From Eledone cirrhosa (lineage: Eukaryota): a DNA stretch of 64,000 bases. A program made the position numbers and the translations under genes. Shown in pieces: positions 12,291 to 26,974 of the stretch. Position 1 is the first letter of the stretch. Every line of letters begins with the position of its first letter. Location of the stretch: the NCBI GenBank assembly GCA_964016885.1, contig OZ024740.1, positions 420,360,001-420,424,000 of the forward strand. Direction: 5' to 3'. The notes beneath the pieces were generated by a model. The model saw nothing but the letters and a program-made list of their open reading frames with translations, was not told the DNA's origin and searched no databases.

Positions 12291-14793
12291 AGTGTGTTTT
12301 GTTAGAGATGCCTGTATTTCAGGTAAGGCGGGTCTTCTCTATTACTGAGTACCACCAAAGGTCTCGGTCCAGTGACATTGTCTTGGAGAGGTGTAAGTGT
12401 GTGAGGTCGGAATTTATCAGCTCGTCCCAGGTTTTTCTGGGTCTGCCTACTCCGTGGCTACCATCTATCTTTATTGCCCTGCACTTTGCTATACAGCTGT
12501 CGTCTTTCATGCGCATCACGTGACCATACCAACGTAGCCTCCTTCTCTCAAGTAAACAACATCTGATCCCTCTTATTTCTAATTTTTTCCTTAGTTCGTT
12601 TATGCTTTGCCGTTCACGTATATTACTATTACACATCCAGCGGAGCATGCAAGCTTCGTTCCTCTCTAGTCTGCGTATATCCTCTGCACACAATGCCCAG
12701 GTCTCACTGCCATGCAACATTGCTGTTCGTATGCAGGTATCATACAACCTGCCTTTCATTTTTAGGGAGAACCCTTTAGCGGCTAATAGTGGTATAAGCT
12801 CTCTGAACTTTTTCCATCCAGTTCTGACTCTAGCTACTGTACTTTCAGAGCACCCTCCCCCACTGCTGATTTTGTCACCCAGGTAACGGAAGCTGTCCAC
12901 TATTTCTATAGAACCCTCTGCGCAATTGAAAGAGCTAGTATTTTGTGGGCACTTGCTGCTACTTATTGCACCAGAGCACCGGCCACATGTAAAATCTGTG
13001 TTCTTAGTTAGCTTACCTGTGATCATACTACATCTTTTATGCACCCATACTTTGCATTTAGGACATAAAATGGAGTTTCTACCTACGCCTTTCCTACACA
13101 CTGAGCATGGCCATTTCCCGGAGGGGACCGGCACCTTATTTTCTTTCCTACAAACTAGAACTTTAGTCTTAGCCAGGTTAATTTTAAGGCCTTTTGATTC
13201 TAGGCCGTGCTTCCATGTTTGGAATTTCTTCTCTAGCTCGGCCATTGATTCAGCTATGAGCGTTAGATCATCTGCGTATAGGAGTTCCCATGGGCAGCCA
13301 GTCTTGAACTCCTCTGTTATAGCCTGAAGGGCAATAATAAATAGTAGGGGGCTAAGAACAGAGCCCCGATGGACACCAACTTTCACGCTAAACTCTTCCC
13401 TATATTCGTTGTTAATTCTAACCTTGCTGACTGTTTCTTTATACATGGCTTGTATAGCTCTCACAAGCTATTCGTCAACACCTAGTTTTCTAAGAGCCCA
13501 CCAGATAATGGAATGGGGGACTCTGTCGAAGGCTTTCTCCAAGTCGACAAAGGCTAAGTATAGGGGTTTACTTTTAGCTAGATACTTCTCCTGTAGTTGT
13601 CGTACAATGAAAAGAGCGTCTGTGGTACTTTTGCCTGACACAAACTCGAACTGCATTTCATCTAGATCGATTCTCTCTCTGATTAGTTGCACTATTACTT
13701 TTTCCGTGACCTTCATGACCTGGTCGATTAATGCCTCTATAGTTACTCCTATCTAGGGCGTCTCCTTTACCCTTGTAACAGTTAATGATGCTGCTGCTAC
13801 GCCAGTCCTTCGGAACAACCCCATTCTATATGACTTGGTTTACTATCCGGGTGACCATGGTGTGTCCCACCTAACCAGATGCCTTCAGCATCTCAGCAAC
13901 TATTTCCGAAGGCCCAGCCGCCTTACCCGTCTTCATATCTTTGATTGCCTTACTTATTATACTACCTTCAACTAACACTGCTGGTCCCTCTATTGGATCG
14001 ATCTGGGGGAGACTATCCTTCTCCCATTTATTCTCCTCATTTAGTAGCCTCTCGTAGTGACACTTCAAAGCGACCTTCTTATCAGCGTCAGTGATGGCGA
14101 GTACGCCATCATCATTTAGTACACACTTCTCCCCAACAATATCACAGTTTTCCTTGGCACATTGCCTAGCAATCCTGAACACCTCACGTTTTTGGTCCTC
14201 GCGTTGTAGAACATGCTTGAACTTTCTTTCCTCTGCTTCCCTTCTTGCGAAGTACACTTGTCTCCTAGCTTCCCTCCTGGCCACTTGATAGTCTTCTCTA
14301 CTTACCCCATCCCGCCATACTTTCCAAGCCTGCTTTTTGGCCTTAATCGACTCCTCCACCTTACTGTTCCACCACCATGTTACTCTCCTCCTGCCTATAG
14401 GCCTGCTCCGGCCACAGACTTCGTCTGCCGCCATCAGCAGGTTTGCTTTCAGGAATTCCCACTGTTCCTCTATATTGTACGACTCTAAATGCTCTTCCTT
14501 ACTGTCGAAAGCATCAAGTAATATGCTTTGAAATTTATTTCTGGCTGTGCGGTCCTTTAGCTTCCATATTTTTCTCCTGAGGATAGTCCTCTTCTGCTGT
14601 CGAGTACGTCTCGTCCTGACTATGAGGTCGCTAATTATCAGTCTATGTTGGGAGGTGCATTCTTCATGGGGGAGGGATTTAGTGTTTACAACAGTCACTC
14701 TGTCACGTCTTCTGGTAAGGATATAATCTACCTGGCTGGTATGTTCCCCTGATCTGTAGGTGATCAAGTGATTGTCTCGTTTTTTGAAGTTAG
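12290..14793 (-). mobile_element. RTE LINE, 5'- and 3'-truncated, with stops and frameshifts
   Basis: ORF pieces 13871-14767, 13468-13716 and 12319-13464 (YADD, AFVDLEKAFD) are near-identical to the 42962-47114 element. Confidence 0.95.
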
Positions 14794-14866
<73 letters not shown>

Positions 14867-14873
14867 ATATATA

Positions 14874-15763
14874 TAAATTAATAAAATAATGAATAAACAA
14901 AGAAACAGTTCCTTATATTAAAAAAAATTCATCATTTTACGATCGTTTCTAGGATATATATGTGTTAGAGTTGGTATGCATATTCTATAGATCTATGTAC
15001 AATATTTATACAAACTATCAGAGGGAATATACATACCTACACATATATATGCTGTCTTCAGAAATAATGATATTTGTTTATTGAAAAAAACAAAGATTCA
15101 ATACAATAGGTCTGTTTGGGAACAGGTTTTGAATTGACCAATAGAGAGATAGTGAGGGTCAAGATAGTAATATAGTAGTAGAAGAACCTTAAATTATGGG
15201 TAGAGGAAGGTAGATTTCAGTTTTGGATGGAAAAGAATATTATGAATGAAAGATTATTTTAGGGATGAATATAGGTTGTATGCTGACCTCAGAAATAATT
15301 ATATTTGTTCATTGAATAAAACCAACAAAGATCTAATATATTCTGTCTGTTTGGTAAGAGGTTTAGAATTAACCAATAGAAAGTTAATAATTGGCCAAAT
15401 GGTAAAATAGTAGTAATTGAAGCTTATTTTAGGGGTAGAATAAGGCAGATTTCAGTTTTGAATGGAGTGTGAAGAATGAGAAAGTTATTTTAGGGGTGAA
15501 AATAGGTCAGGTCAGTAAAAGGTATATGAGCAGTTGCTGTTATAAACCAGTAATGCCAATGCAAATATCTAAGGAGACTAAAATTTTATGATAAGAGTGT
15601 TAGTGAAAAAATACATCTATGAAAAGAATATAAATTAATTTAATTAATGGGTATATTTATATTGATAAAATTATACTAATGCATATAGTTATGATAAATA
15701 AGAGTTAGATGTAGTTGAAGAGTGCTGTTAAAGATGAGGGGAAATTAAAATAATATAAAAATA

Positions 15764-15824
<61 letters not shown>

Positions 15825-15840
15825 CACACACACATATACA
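14874..15840 (-). mobile_element. Naiad-type PLE family B, 3' part (continues at 39880-41218 beyond the nested array)
   Basis: Near-identical to 42063-42960; contains a hammerhead and a diverged duplication of about 230 bp. Confidence 0.85.
14929..15070 (-). ncRNA. Hammerhead with long stem II (family B)
   Basis: tcattattt CTGAAGA cagcatatatatgtgt...acacatatatatccta GAAAC gatc GTA aaatgatga. Confidence 0.78.
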
Positions 15841-15915
15841 CATATATATATATATATATATATAAAATATTAAACAAATAATGAATAAACAATTCCTTAT
15901 ATTAAACAAAAAAAG

Positions 15916-16069
15916 TTCATTATTTAACGATCGTTTCTAGGATATATATGTGTTAGAGTTGGCATGCATATTCAACAGATCTATGTACAAAATTATACAA
16001 AATTATACAAACTATCAAGATTAAATATACATACCAACACATATATACGCCGTCTTCAGAAATAATGAA
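15916..16069 (-). ncRNA. Hammerhead with 115-nt stem II (family A, unit 1)
   Basis: TTCATTATTT CTGAAGA [115-nt hairpin] GAAAC gatc GTT AAATAATGAA; perfect 10-bp stem I, palindromic stem III. Confidence 0.8.
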
Positions 16070-16699
16070 ATATATTTATTGATAATAACAACAATTCAAA
16101 CTTTCAGGTCCGTTTGGGAACAAAATTGACCAATGAAAATACAAAAGGTTTAATGCCGTTCGGTGTGTGTATATACATGTAATAACCCTTACACATATTT
16201 TACAAAAATGTATGCACAACCTGTATACTCATACAAAAAGGATGGATGCAAATACAAAATTTCAAGGTTAATGTCTCTGTAAGTTTATAATGCACAGATA
16301 AGATGCGTATAGATACATAAATATGAAATAAGTGTATACACATATTTTCATACTAACACATATCCGTACAATCACACATACACGCGCGTATATGCATAAA
16401 CATACACATAAACTACAAACATACAAACACACACACACCACCACTCACATATATATATATGTGGATATAAAATCCTAAGCACATGGATATTAATTCACTC
16501 ACATAAACACTGGCACACACATTTAGATAAAGATACAGAAATTAGGTGGGAGGGGGGGGGAGAGGTCAGTATTCAACGGTTTGGGCTGCCTGCTTAATAT
16601 AGATGTATCTATAAACTAAGAAAATAAAAAATAATAATAAATAATAAATAAACATTAAAAAGGAAAGAAAAGAAAAAGAAAAAAGAAAAAAGAAAAAAG

Positions 16700-16711
16700 A
16701 AATATATCAAG

Positions 16712-16750
<39 letters not shown>

Positions 16751-16964
16751 ATATATATATATCTATATATATATATACATACATATATATATATATATAC
16801 ACATACATACACACACACACACACATATACATATACACATACACACATACAAACACATACATACATATGCACACATCCACACTTAGAACATAACATACAC
16901 ACACATATATAAACATATACATATACACACATAGATACAAATACACACATACATATAAATACAC

Positions 16965-17041
<77 letters not shown>

Positions 17042-17334
17042 CACTCATACATAGGCATATAATCACACATACTATATAGACACACATATATATACACACA
17101 TACATACACATATACCTACACTTACATACATATATACATACAGATATACACATACATACCTATATATACACACAAATACATACAGACATATATACATACA
17201 TACAGACAAATACTTACGCATCTATATATCGGTATATACATACAAACACCACTACACTCTCACACAACTCAGACATACAAAGAAAAAGGTATATACCCAT
17301 ACACATATACATATACAAATAGAGAAACATATAC

Positions 17335-17396
<62 letters not shown>

Positions 17397-17636
17397 ATAC
17401 ATATACATATACACATACACACATACACATACAAACACATACATACATGTACACACACATAGATATATATACACACACATACACACATACACATACATAT
17501 ATAGTCATACACACACATACACCTACACGAACATACACATACACATATACAAAGATATATATACACACACACACACACATACACACACACACATATATAA
17601 AAAAAAAAAAAAAAAAATAAATAAATAAATAAATAA

Positions 17637-17691
<55 letters not shown>

Positions 17692-18304
17692 CATACACAT
17701 ACATACACACATACATAGACATATATGTACATACATACATATACATAGATACATACACATACATACATACATATATATATACACACACATAGACATATAT
17801 ATACATACACACACAACATACATACACACATATATACTCATACATAGAATTAGATATATAAACATACATACATACGCACTTACATATACTCATATATACC
17901 AATACAAACGCATCCATATATGCGTATATACATAGAAACACCACTACACCCTCACCCAATTCAGATATACAAAGAAAAAGGCATATACATATACATATAT
18001 ACACGCATCAATAGAGATATATATACACATATATATATATATATATATATATGTGTGTACACACATACACTTATATGCATATACCCACACACACATACAA
18101 CCATAAATACACATACAAACACCCACATATATAAATATATACACATATATATATATATACACACACATAGAAAACAGACATGCACACATATATATTTTTT
18201 TACACATATATATACACATATATATACATATACACACCCTCATATATACACATACACATAAGTTATATTATAATAATAAATAATATATATATATATACAC
18301 ATAC

Positions 18305-18353
<49 letters not shown>

Positions 18354-18650
18354 CACACACACACATATGAATATAGACATATAAACACACATAGATATAT
18401 ATACATACATATATACAGATACATATACACACACACACATATACACATTCACATATACATGTGTGTGCATACACACATATATATACATACACACATATAC
18501 ACATAAACACACATATGTGTATACATGCACACACACACATATATCCACATAGATACGAAGATATACGTATAAATAGAGAGACATACATATATATACACGC
18601 ACACACATATACATACATACATACACACACATATATATATATACATATAC

Positions 18651-18720
<70 letters not shown>

Positions 18721-18900
18721 AGACATAGACATACACATACATATACACACATGCATATATACACACATATACACATACATACACACACATATATATATAC
18801 ACACAATCATACATTCTTATTTGCATGCGCATATATGTATTTTTATATTCAGATATAAATACCCAAATATATATACACCTACCTACATATATATTCATAC
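16700..18900. repeat. Complex (TA)/(CA)/(TACA) microsatellite field inside the PLE 3' UTR, repeated in every unit
   Basis: Same pattern at about 23630-25810, 30535-32715 and 37450-39620. Confidence 0.9.
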
Positions 18901-20067
18901 AAACACGCTTACAAACACAGATGATAATAGTATGGGGGAAAGGGGGGGGGGTTGGAGAAGGGGATTATAGTAAATATATGTTTCAAGAAACATAGAATAT
19001 TATCCGTATCTAGATCCAATGTATGTTTATACATAGTATCAGTGTTAGGAAATACAATAAACAAGGAATAAGGCGAAATTTATGCAATTCAAAATAAATA
19101 AGTATACCATTAATTATATGTTAACTAAACTAAAGATAGTTAACATATTGATTTCTAAGGTGTAAATTAGTTAGGTTTATAATATTTGAAGCAGAATTTT
19201 GAAGTTAAATAGTAGTAGAGTATTAATTATAGTATAACTAAATTAAAGTTAATAACTTTATGGTATCAATATTAGGAAATGAATTTAGTAATAGGGAAAA
19301 AACAAATAAAGTATTACATCGGTAGTAGAATATAAAATATAGGTTAATTAAATTAAAAATTATATATTTATTTCTATAGTATATGTTAATTAGGTATATA
19401 ATAAATAAAACAGATATTGTATTTTATCAATAGCAGAATATAATTATATGCAAATAGAAATCAAAATTAATACATATATATATACATATACATACACATA
19501 TATATATACACATATATATACACATATATATATACATATATACACATATACATACGCACATACATACACATACACATATACATATACATATTTTTTCAAA
19601 AATTGCAAAGAATATATTAACTAGGTATAAATCCAAAACACATCCCATTCTATGATTAGATGACATTCTGCAATTCGTCTGTATAAGGATATTAATTTTA
19701 AGCCAATTAAATTAAATTTTTAGGTTGATTAAAATTAAAACCAAATTATAAATATATTTCTAAAATGTATATTAATTAGGTCTATATTACTAAAAATTAT
19801 TTCTCTGTCATTGGATACACTATATTTTGTTATATTTTATCTGTAAAAGAATTATAATAAAAAAAAAAAAAATTATAATAAAAGGTTTAAATAAATTAAA
19901 ATTAATCTATAAATTAAAATACTAAGTATATATTAGTAATATTTAAAGGTTTTTCACAATTTATGATTACATAATATTTTATATTCTCATCTGTAATAGA
20001 ATTTTAATTAAATTAAATTTATAGGTTAACTAACATTTAAATTAAATTAATTTCTAAAATAATGTTA

Positions 20068-22491
20068 TTAATTAGGTTTATAATATTTAAATGTTTTTTT
20101 TAATTTATGATTACACGATATAATTAATTCCTGTCGTTTATTTAATAGGATATCCTTAGATTTCATTATTTCAAATAGTTCTTGGGAACATAATCTACAT
20201 TCATTTCTATTATTTTGATAAGGGGTGGCTCTTTTGAGCACACTCCAGGTCAAATCATATTCTATATTCTTATTTTTATAACTATTGATTTTTTCTGCTA
20301 GAGATGTTGTATTAGCCAGTGCGGCATTTTTAAAACTATGCTTATGGGTATTAAACCTTGTCTTAAAATTGTTAGAGGTAGCTCCTATATATGAGCAAAT
20401 AGAATCTTTAGTTTTAACATTACATTTATAGACTATGTTGTTAACAAGACAATTCCCTTTTAATGGGCAGTTTGCTTTGTTTCTACAGTTACAACCTTTC
20501 GTTAATTCCGTATTTGAGGAGATATTATGGTTAATTTGATGTACTGGTGGTATACTTATGGTTTTCTTACATTTATATGCATTATAGGCACTTATATTTT
20601 GTTTTATGTTATTTGTTGTAGAGTATGAGAATTTAACTGTAGACCTATTTAAGATTTGATGGTATTTGTGGTTTGGCGGGAAGTTTTTCTCTAGGATATA
20701 AAAAAATTTTTTAGCAATATTATCCTTAATTTGTAAATTAAATGGAGCATTATACCAAGTAACCCGTCTATTACGGTTTCTATGTTGTTTATTATTTTTA
20801 TTATTTTTATAGGTTGTATCGTGATTTTTACTAGGAGGATTAATGTTAATGAACTCACCACAACCATTTTTAGTTATATTTGTAGATTTAGGTGTTTTAT
20901 CCTTTTTATTAGGAGTTTTATTAATATGATAAGTAGTTTTTTGAGAGTTACTATACTTTATATTAGAAGATTTGGTATTTTGGGGTATAGTGTGGGTGGC
21001 ATTTAGGTGTGTACTTTTCATTTGGTGTTTGTTGGTAATATTAGGTTGTATGCTTTCAGTATTTTTAGTAGAAGGTATATATTCTAATCTATTTTTGTGG
21101 CCACTTCTATCTAGAGCTTCGTTATAGAAGGTCGCATTTTTATCAAAAACATCTTGGTTAGAAGAAAGGTTAGAAATTCTAAGTGATATATTATATGCAA
21201 GGTTTTTAAGGATAGATTTAGGGTGATTAGATTGTGAGTGTATGTAATGTAAGTTTTGGTTTGGTTTATGGTAAGGTTGGTAGATACCCGTAGCTAAATC
21301 TAAAGTTATATCTAGGAAATTTACTACTTTACTTGTTTTTTCAAAAGTAATATTAAGATTATAATAGTCTTTAAGGAAAGTTCTAATATGTTTTTTGTTT
21401 TTTTCAATTTCTGAAAGGCTAAGGTTGTTAGAAAGAAGAAGACAGTCATCACGATATAAACCACCTTTGAGGTGGGGAAAGGAGGCATTTATGTTGAAAA
21501 GGAGAAAGAGGCCCACAAGATCAGTAATTTGGGCGGAATCACTTGAACCCATAGTAATATCAAAAAGATTACTATATGTGTTTCTGGTCCAGTATTCATT
21601 CTGAAATTCAATAAGTGTTAGTCTAGCATGTGTAATAATATTAATGTCATCCAAAGTTAAGTTAGATCTATTTTTAGCAAATATCAATGCTTTGTTCAGG
21701 AGTATAGGTGATATAGAAGAATAGTAATTATCTATATCAAATTGTAGAAATGAAGCAGAAGATTTACATCTAATATTTTTAAACCAGTTAATTACCTGGG
21801 AGGTGTTTTCCCAGAGTGGTAAAATAACGTATTTTCTTATTTGTGGGATGACTCTATCCAAAATTTTTTTGCTAATTATTCCAATATCTGATTTGGAGGG
21901 ACATATAAGTCTAATAGAAGGATTTGAGTTAAAATTTGATTTATGATCCTTCAGGTTGAAGTGTGGTCTTTTCAATGCCAAAGGTTCAGTTCTATCTTCA
22001 ATGTTTAGTTTTTTTACTATGTTGTGTGTTTTGTTGTTGATGTTGGTGAGTGACCCATTATTAGATTTTTTATAATTTTTTCTGAGTTCTTTATATATGA
22101 ATTCATTATAATGTTCAATATCCATATGATACAAGTTACCAGTTTTGTCCGAGTGGACATGGAATTTTTTAGACTTTTTTAGGTCCAATAGGGTAGAATC
22201 AAGGTCCTTTTGAAAGACGGATTTATACTTTTTAAATTTGAGGTGTTTAATTAAATTAAAAAGGTCTTTCTCGAAGTCTTCAAGTAAAAAGTTGTGTGGT
22301 GGATTCTTGTAAGTATTGAAATCATACATATATTTCCGATCTGCTTGTTTAGATTTTCTATCGAAGTGGTAGGCTCTCCATCTAACCCTTCTGATAAAAT
22401 TATTAGTTTTCTGAATCATAAGGAGTAAGAAGTCATCCTTAGAAGGTATTGGTATGTTTTTTAAAGAGGTTCCTAAATATTGTTTTTCCAT
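20068..22491 (-). CDS. PLE (Naiad-type) reverse transcriptase + C-terminal GIY-YIG endonuclease; first ATG at 22491 (track starts at TTG 22512)
   Basis: SLKNIPIP/RRVRWRA N-terminus, FDIDNYY, ITMGS, GGLYRDD, FLDITL, CNC..CPLKGNC, VY..SYIGAT..R..H, CRLC..E..LN..CNH. Confidence 0.95.
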   Translation of the reverse strand: MEKQYLGTSLKNIPIPSKDDFLLLMIQKTNNFIRRVRWRAYHFDRKSKQADRKYMYDFNTYKNPPHNFLLEDFEKDLFNLIKHLKFKKYKSVFQKDLDSTLLDLKKSKKFHVHSDKTGNLYHMDIEHYNEFIYKELRKNYKKSNNGSLTNINNKTHNIVKKLNIEDRTEPLALKRPHFNLKDHKSNFNSNPSIRLICPSKSDIGIISKKILDRVIPQIRKYVILPLWENTSQVINWFKNIRCKSSASFLQFDIDNYYSSISPILLNKALIFAKNRSNLTLDDINIITHARLTLIEFQNEYWTRNTYSNLFDITMGSSDSAQITDLVGLFLLFNINASFPHLKGGLYRDDCLLLSNNLSLSEIEKNKKHIRTFLKDYYNLNITFEKTSKVVNFLDITLDLATGIYQPYHKPNQNLHYIHSQSNHPKSILKNLAYNISLRISNLSSNQDVFDKNATFYNEALDRSGHKNRLEYIPSTKNTESIQPNITNKHQMKSTHLNATHTIPQNTKSSNIKYSNSQKTTYHINKTPNKKDKTPKSTNITKNGCGEFININPPSKNHDTTYKNNKNNKQHRNRNRRVTWYNAPFNLQIKDNIAKKFFYILEKNFPPNHKYHQILNRSTVKFSYSTTNNIKQNISAYNAYKCKKTISIPPVHQINHNISSNTELTKGCNCRNKANCPLKGNCLVNNIVYKCNVKTKDSICSYIGATSNNFKTRFNTHKHSFKNAALANTTSLAEKINSYKNKNIEYDLTWSVLKRATPYQNNRNECRLCSQELFEIMKSKDILLNKRQELIISCNHKLKKTFKYYKPN

Positions 22492-22832
22492 TGTGATATG
22501 GATGATGGACAATTGAAAGAGCTCAACTAAATGTATATGGGTTTATAAAATCATACATATATATGTATATACATAAATATAAAATTAATACACACATACA
22601 GTACAAAAATACGAATATTTCCGTGAAAATAGGAGCAAAATTATGTAGATAAATCTACCAAGAGTTTACGGTAGTGTCCAATCCGTATGAAGAACTCAAT
22701 GTATTCCGGATATCATGGAAAGAAGAAATGTAATGAAAAATCACTTTCGGTGAAAGATAAACGGTATACAGAGTCAAGATAAAATATTAAACAAATAATG
22801 AATAAACAATTCCTTATATTAAACAAAAAAAG

Positions 22833-22986
22833 TTCATTATTTAACGATCGTTTCTAGGATATATATGTGTTAGAGTTGGCATGCATATTCAACAGATCTA
22901 TGTACAAAATTATACAAAATTATACAAACTATCAAGATTAAATATACATACCAACACATATATACGCCGTCTTCAGAAATAATGAA
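22833..22986 (-). ncRNA. Hammerhead with 115-nt stem II (family A, unit 2)
   Basis: Identical to 15916-16069. Confidence 0.8.
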
Positions 22987-23632
22987 ATATATTTATTGAT
23001 AATAACAACAATTCAAACTTTCAGGTCCGTTTGGGAACAAAATTGACCAATGAAAATACAAAAGGTTTAATGCCGTTCGGTGTGTGTATATACATGTAAT
23101 AACCCTTACACATATTTTACAAAAATGTATGCACAACCTGTATACTCATACAAAAAGGATGGATGCAAATACAAAATTTCAAGGTTAATGTCTCTGTAAG
23201 TTTATAATGCACAGATAAGATGCGTATAGATACATAAATATGAAATAAGTGTATACACATATTTTCATACTAACACATATCCGTACAATCACACATACAC
23301 GCGCGTATATGCATAAACATACACATAAACTACAAACATACAAACACACACACACCACCACTCACATATATATATATGTGGATATAAAATCCTAAGCACA
23401 TGGATATTAATTCACTCACATAAACACTGGCACACACATTTAGATAAAGATACAGAAATTAGGTGGGAGGGGGGGGAGAGGTCAGTATTCAACGGTTTGG
23501 GCTGCCTGCTTAATATAGATGTATCTATAAACTAAGAAAATAAAAAATAATAATAAATAATAAATAAACATTAAAAAGGAAAGAAAAGAAAAAGAAAAAA
23601 GAAAAGAAAAAAGAAAAAAGAAATATATCAAG

Positions 23633-23667
<35 letters not shown>

Positions 23668-23881
23668 ATATATATATATCTATATATATATATACATACA
23701 TATATATATATATATACACATACATACACACACACACACACATATACATATACACATACACACATACAAACACATACATACATATGCACACATCCACACT
23801 TAGAACATAACATACACACACATATATAAACATATACATATACACACATAGATACAAATACACACATACATATAAATACAC

Positions 23882-23956
<75 letters not shown>

Positions 23957-24243
23957 CACTCATACATAGGCATATAATCACACATACTATATAGACACAC
24001 ATATATATACACACATACATACACATATACCTACACTTACATACATATATACATACAGATATACACATACATACCTATATATACACACAAATACATACAG
24101 ACATATATACATACATACAGACAAATACTTACGCATCTATATATCGGTATATACATACAAACACCACTACACTCTCACACAACTCAGACATACAAAGAAA
24201 AAGGTATATACCCATACACATATACATATACAAATAGAGAAAC

Positions 24244-24304
<61 letters not shown>

Positions 24305-24540
24305 CATACATATACATATACACATACACACATACACATACAAACACATACATACATGTACACACACATAGATATATATACACACACATACACACATACA
24401 CATACATATATAGTCATACACACACATACACCTACACGAACATACACATACACATATACAAAGATATATATACACACACACACACACATACACACACACA
24501 CATATATAAAAAAAAAAAAAAAAAAAAAAAAATAAAGATA

Positions 24541-24594
<54 letters not shown>

Positions 24595-25553
24595 CATACA
24601 CATACATACACACATACATAGACATATATGTACATACATACATATACATAGATACATACACATACATACATACATATATATATACACACACATAGACATA
24701 TATATACATACACACACAACATACATACACACATATATACTCATACATAGAATTAGATATATAAACATACATACATACGCACTTACATATACTCATATAT
24801 ACCAATACAAACGCATCCATATATGCGTATATACATAGAAACACCACTACACCCTCACCCAATTCAGATATACAAAGAAAAAGGCATATACATATACATA
24901 TATACACGCATCAATAGAGATATATATACACATATATATATATATATATATATGTGTGTACACACATACACTTATATGCATATACCCACACACACATACA
25001 ACCATAAATACACATACAAACACCCACATATATAAATATATACACATATATATATATATACACACACATAGAAAACAGACATGCACACATATATATTTTT
25101 TTACACATATATATACACATATATATACATATACACACCCTCATATATACACATACACATAAGTTATATTATAATAATAAATAATATATATATATATACA
25201 CATACATATATATATATATATATACATATGTATATATATACATATATATATATATACACACACACACATATGAATATAGACATATAAACACACATAGATA
25301 TATATACATACATATATACAGATACATATACACACACACACATATACACATTCACATATACATGTGTGTGCATACACACATATATATACATACACACATA
25401 TACACATAAACACACATATGTGTATACATGCACACACACACATATATCCACATAGATACGAAGATATACGTATAAATAGAGAGACATACATATATATACA
25501 CGCACACACATATACATACATACATACACACACATATATATATATACATATAC

Positions 25554-25622
<69 letters not shown>

Positions 25623-26974
25623 CAGACATAGACATACACATACATATACACACATGCATATATACACACATATACACATACATACACACACATATATATA
25701 TACACACAATCATACATTCTTATTTGCATGCGCATATATGTATTTTTATATTCAGATATAAATACCCAAATATATATACACCTACCTACATATATATTCA
25801 TACAAACACGCTTACAAACACAGATGATAATAGTATGGGGGAAAGGGGGGGGGGGGGGTTGGAGAAGGGGATTATAGTAAATATATGTTTCAAGAAACAT
25901 AGAATATTATCCGTATCTAGATCCAATGTATGTTTATACATAGTATCAGTGTTAGGAAATACAATAAACAAGGAATAAGGCGAAATTTATGCAATTCAAA
26001 ATAAATAAGTATACCATTAATTATATGTTAACTAAACTAAAGATAGTTAACATATTGATTTCTAAGGTGTAAATTAGTTAGGTTTATAATATTTGAAGCA
26101 GAATTTTGAAGTTAAATAGTAGTAGAGTATTAATTATAGTATAACTAAATTAAAGTTAATAACTTTATGGTATCAATATTAGGAAATGAATTTAGTAATA
26201 GGGAAAAAACAAATAAAGTATTACATCGGTAGTAGAATATAAAATATAGGTTAATTAAATTAAAAATTATATATTTATTTCTATAGTATATGTTAATTAG
26301 GTATATAATAAATAAAACAGATATTGTATTTTATCAATAGCAGAATATAATTATATGCAAATAGAAATCAAAATTAATACATATATATATACATATACAT
26401 ACACATATATATATACACATATATATACACATATATATATACATATATACACATATACATACGCACATACATACACATACACATATACATATACATATTT
26501 TTTCAAAAATTGCAAAGAATATATTAACTAGGTATAAATCCAAAACACATCCCATTCTATGATTAGATGACATTCTGCAATTCGTCTGTATAAGGATATT
26601 AATTTTAAGCCAATTAAATTAAATTTTTAGGTTGATTAAAATTAAAACCAAATTATAAATATATTTCTAAAATGTATATTAATTAGGTCTATATTACTAA
26701 AAATTATTTCTCTGTCATTGGATACACTATATTTTGTTATATTTTATCTGTAAAAGAATTATAATAAAAAAAAAAAAAATTATAATAAAAGGTTTAAATA
26801 AATTAAAATTAATCTATAAATTAAAATACTAAGTATATATTAGTAATATTTAAAGGTTTTTCACAATTTATGATTACATAATATTTTATATTCTCATCTG
26901 TAATAGAATTTTAATTAAATTAAATTTATAGGTTAACTAACATTTAAATTAAATTAATTTCTAAAATAATGTTA

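Noticed and set aside
15283-15300. Second hammerhead in the duplicated family B UTR segment
   Set aside because: Core reads CTGAGGT and has no matching stem II or GAAA partner
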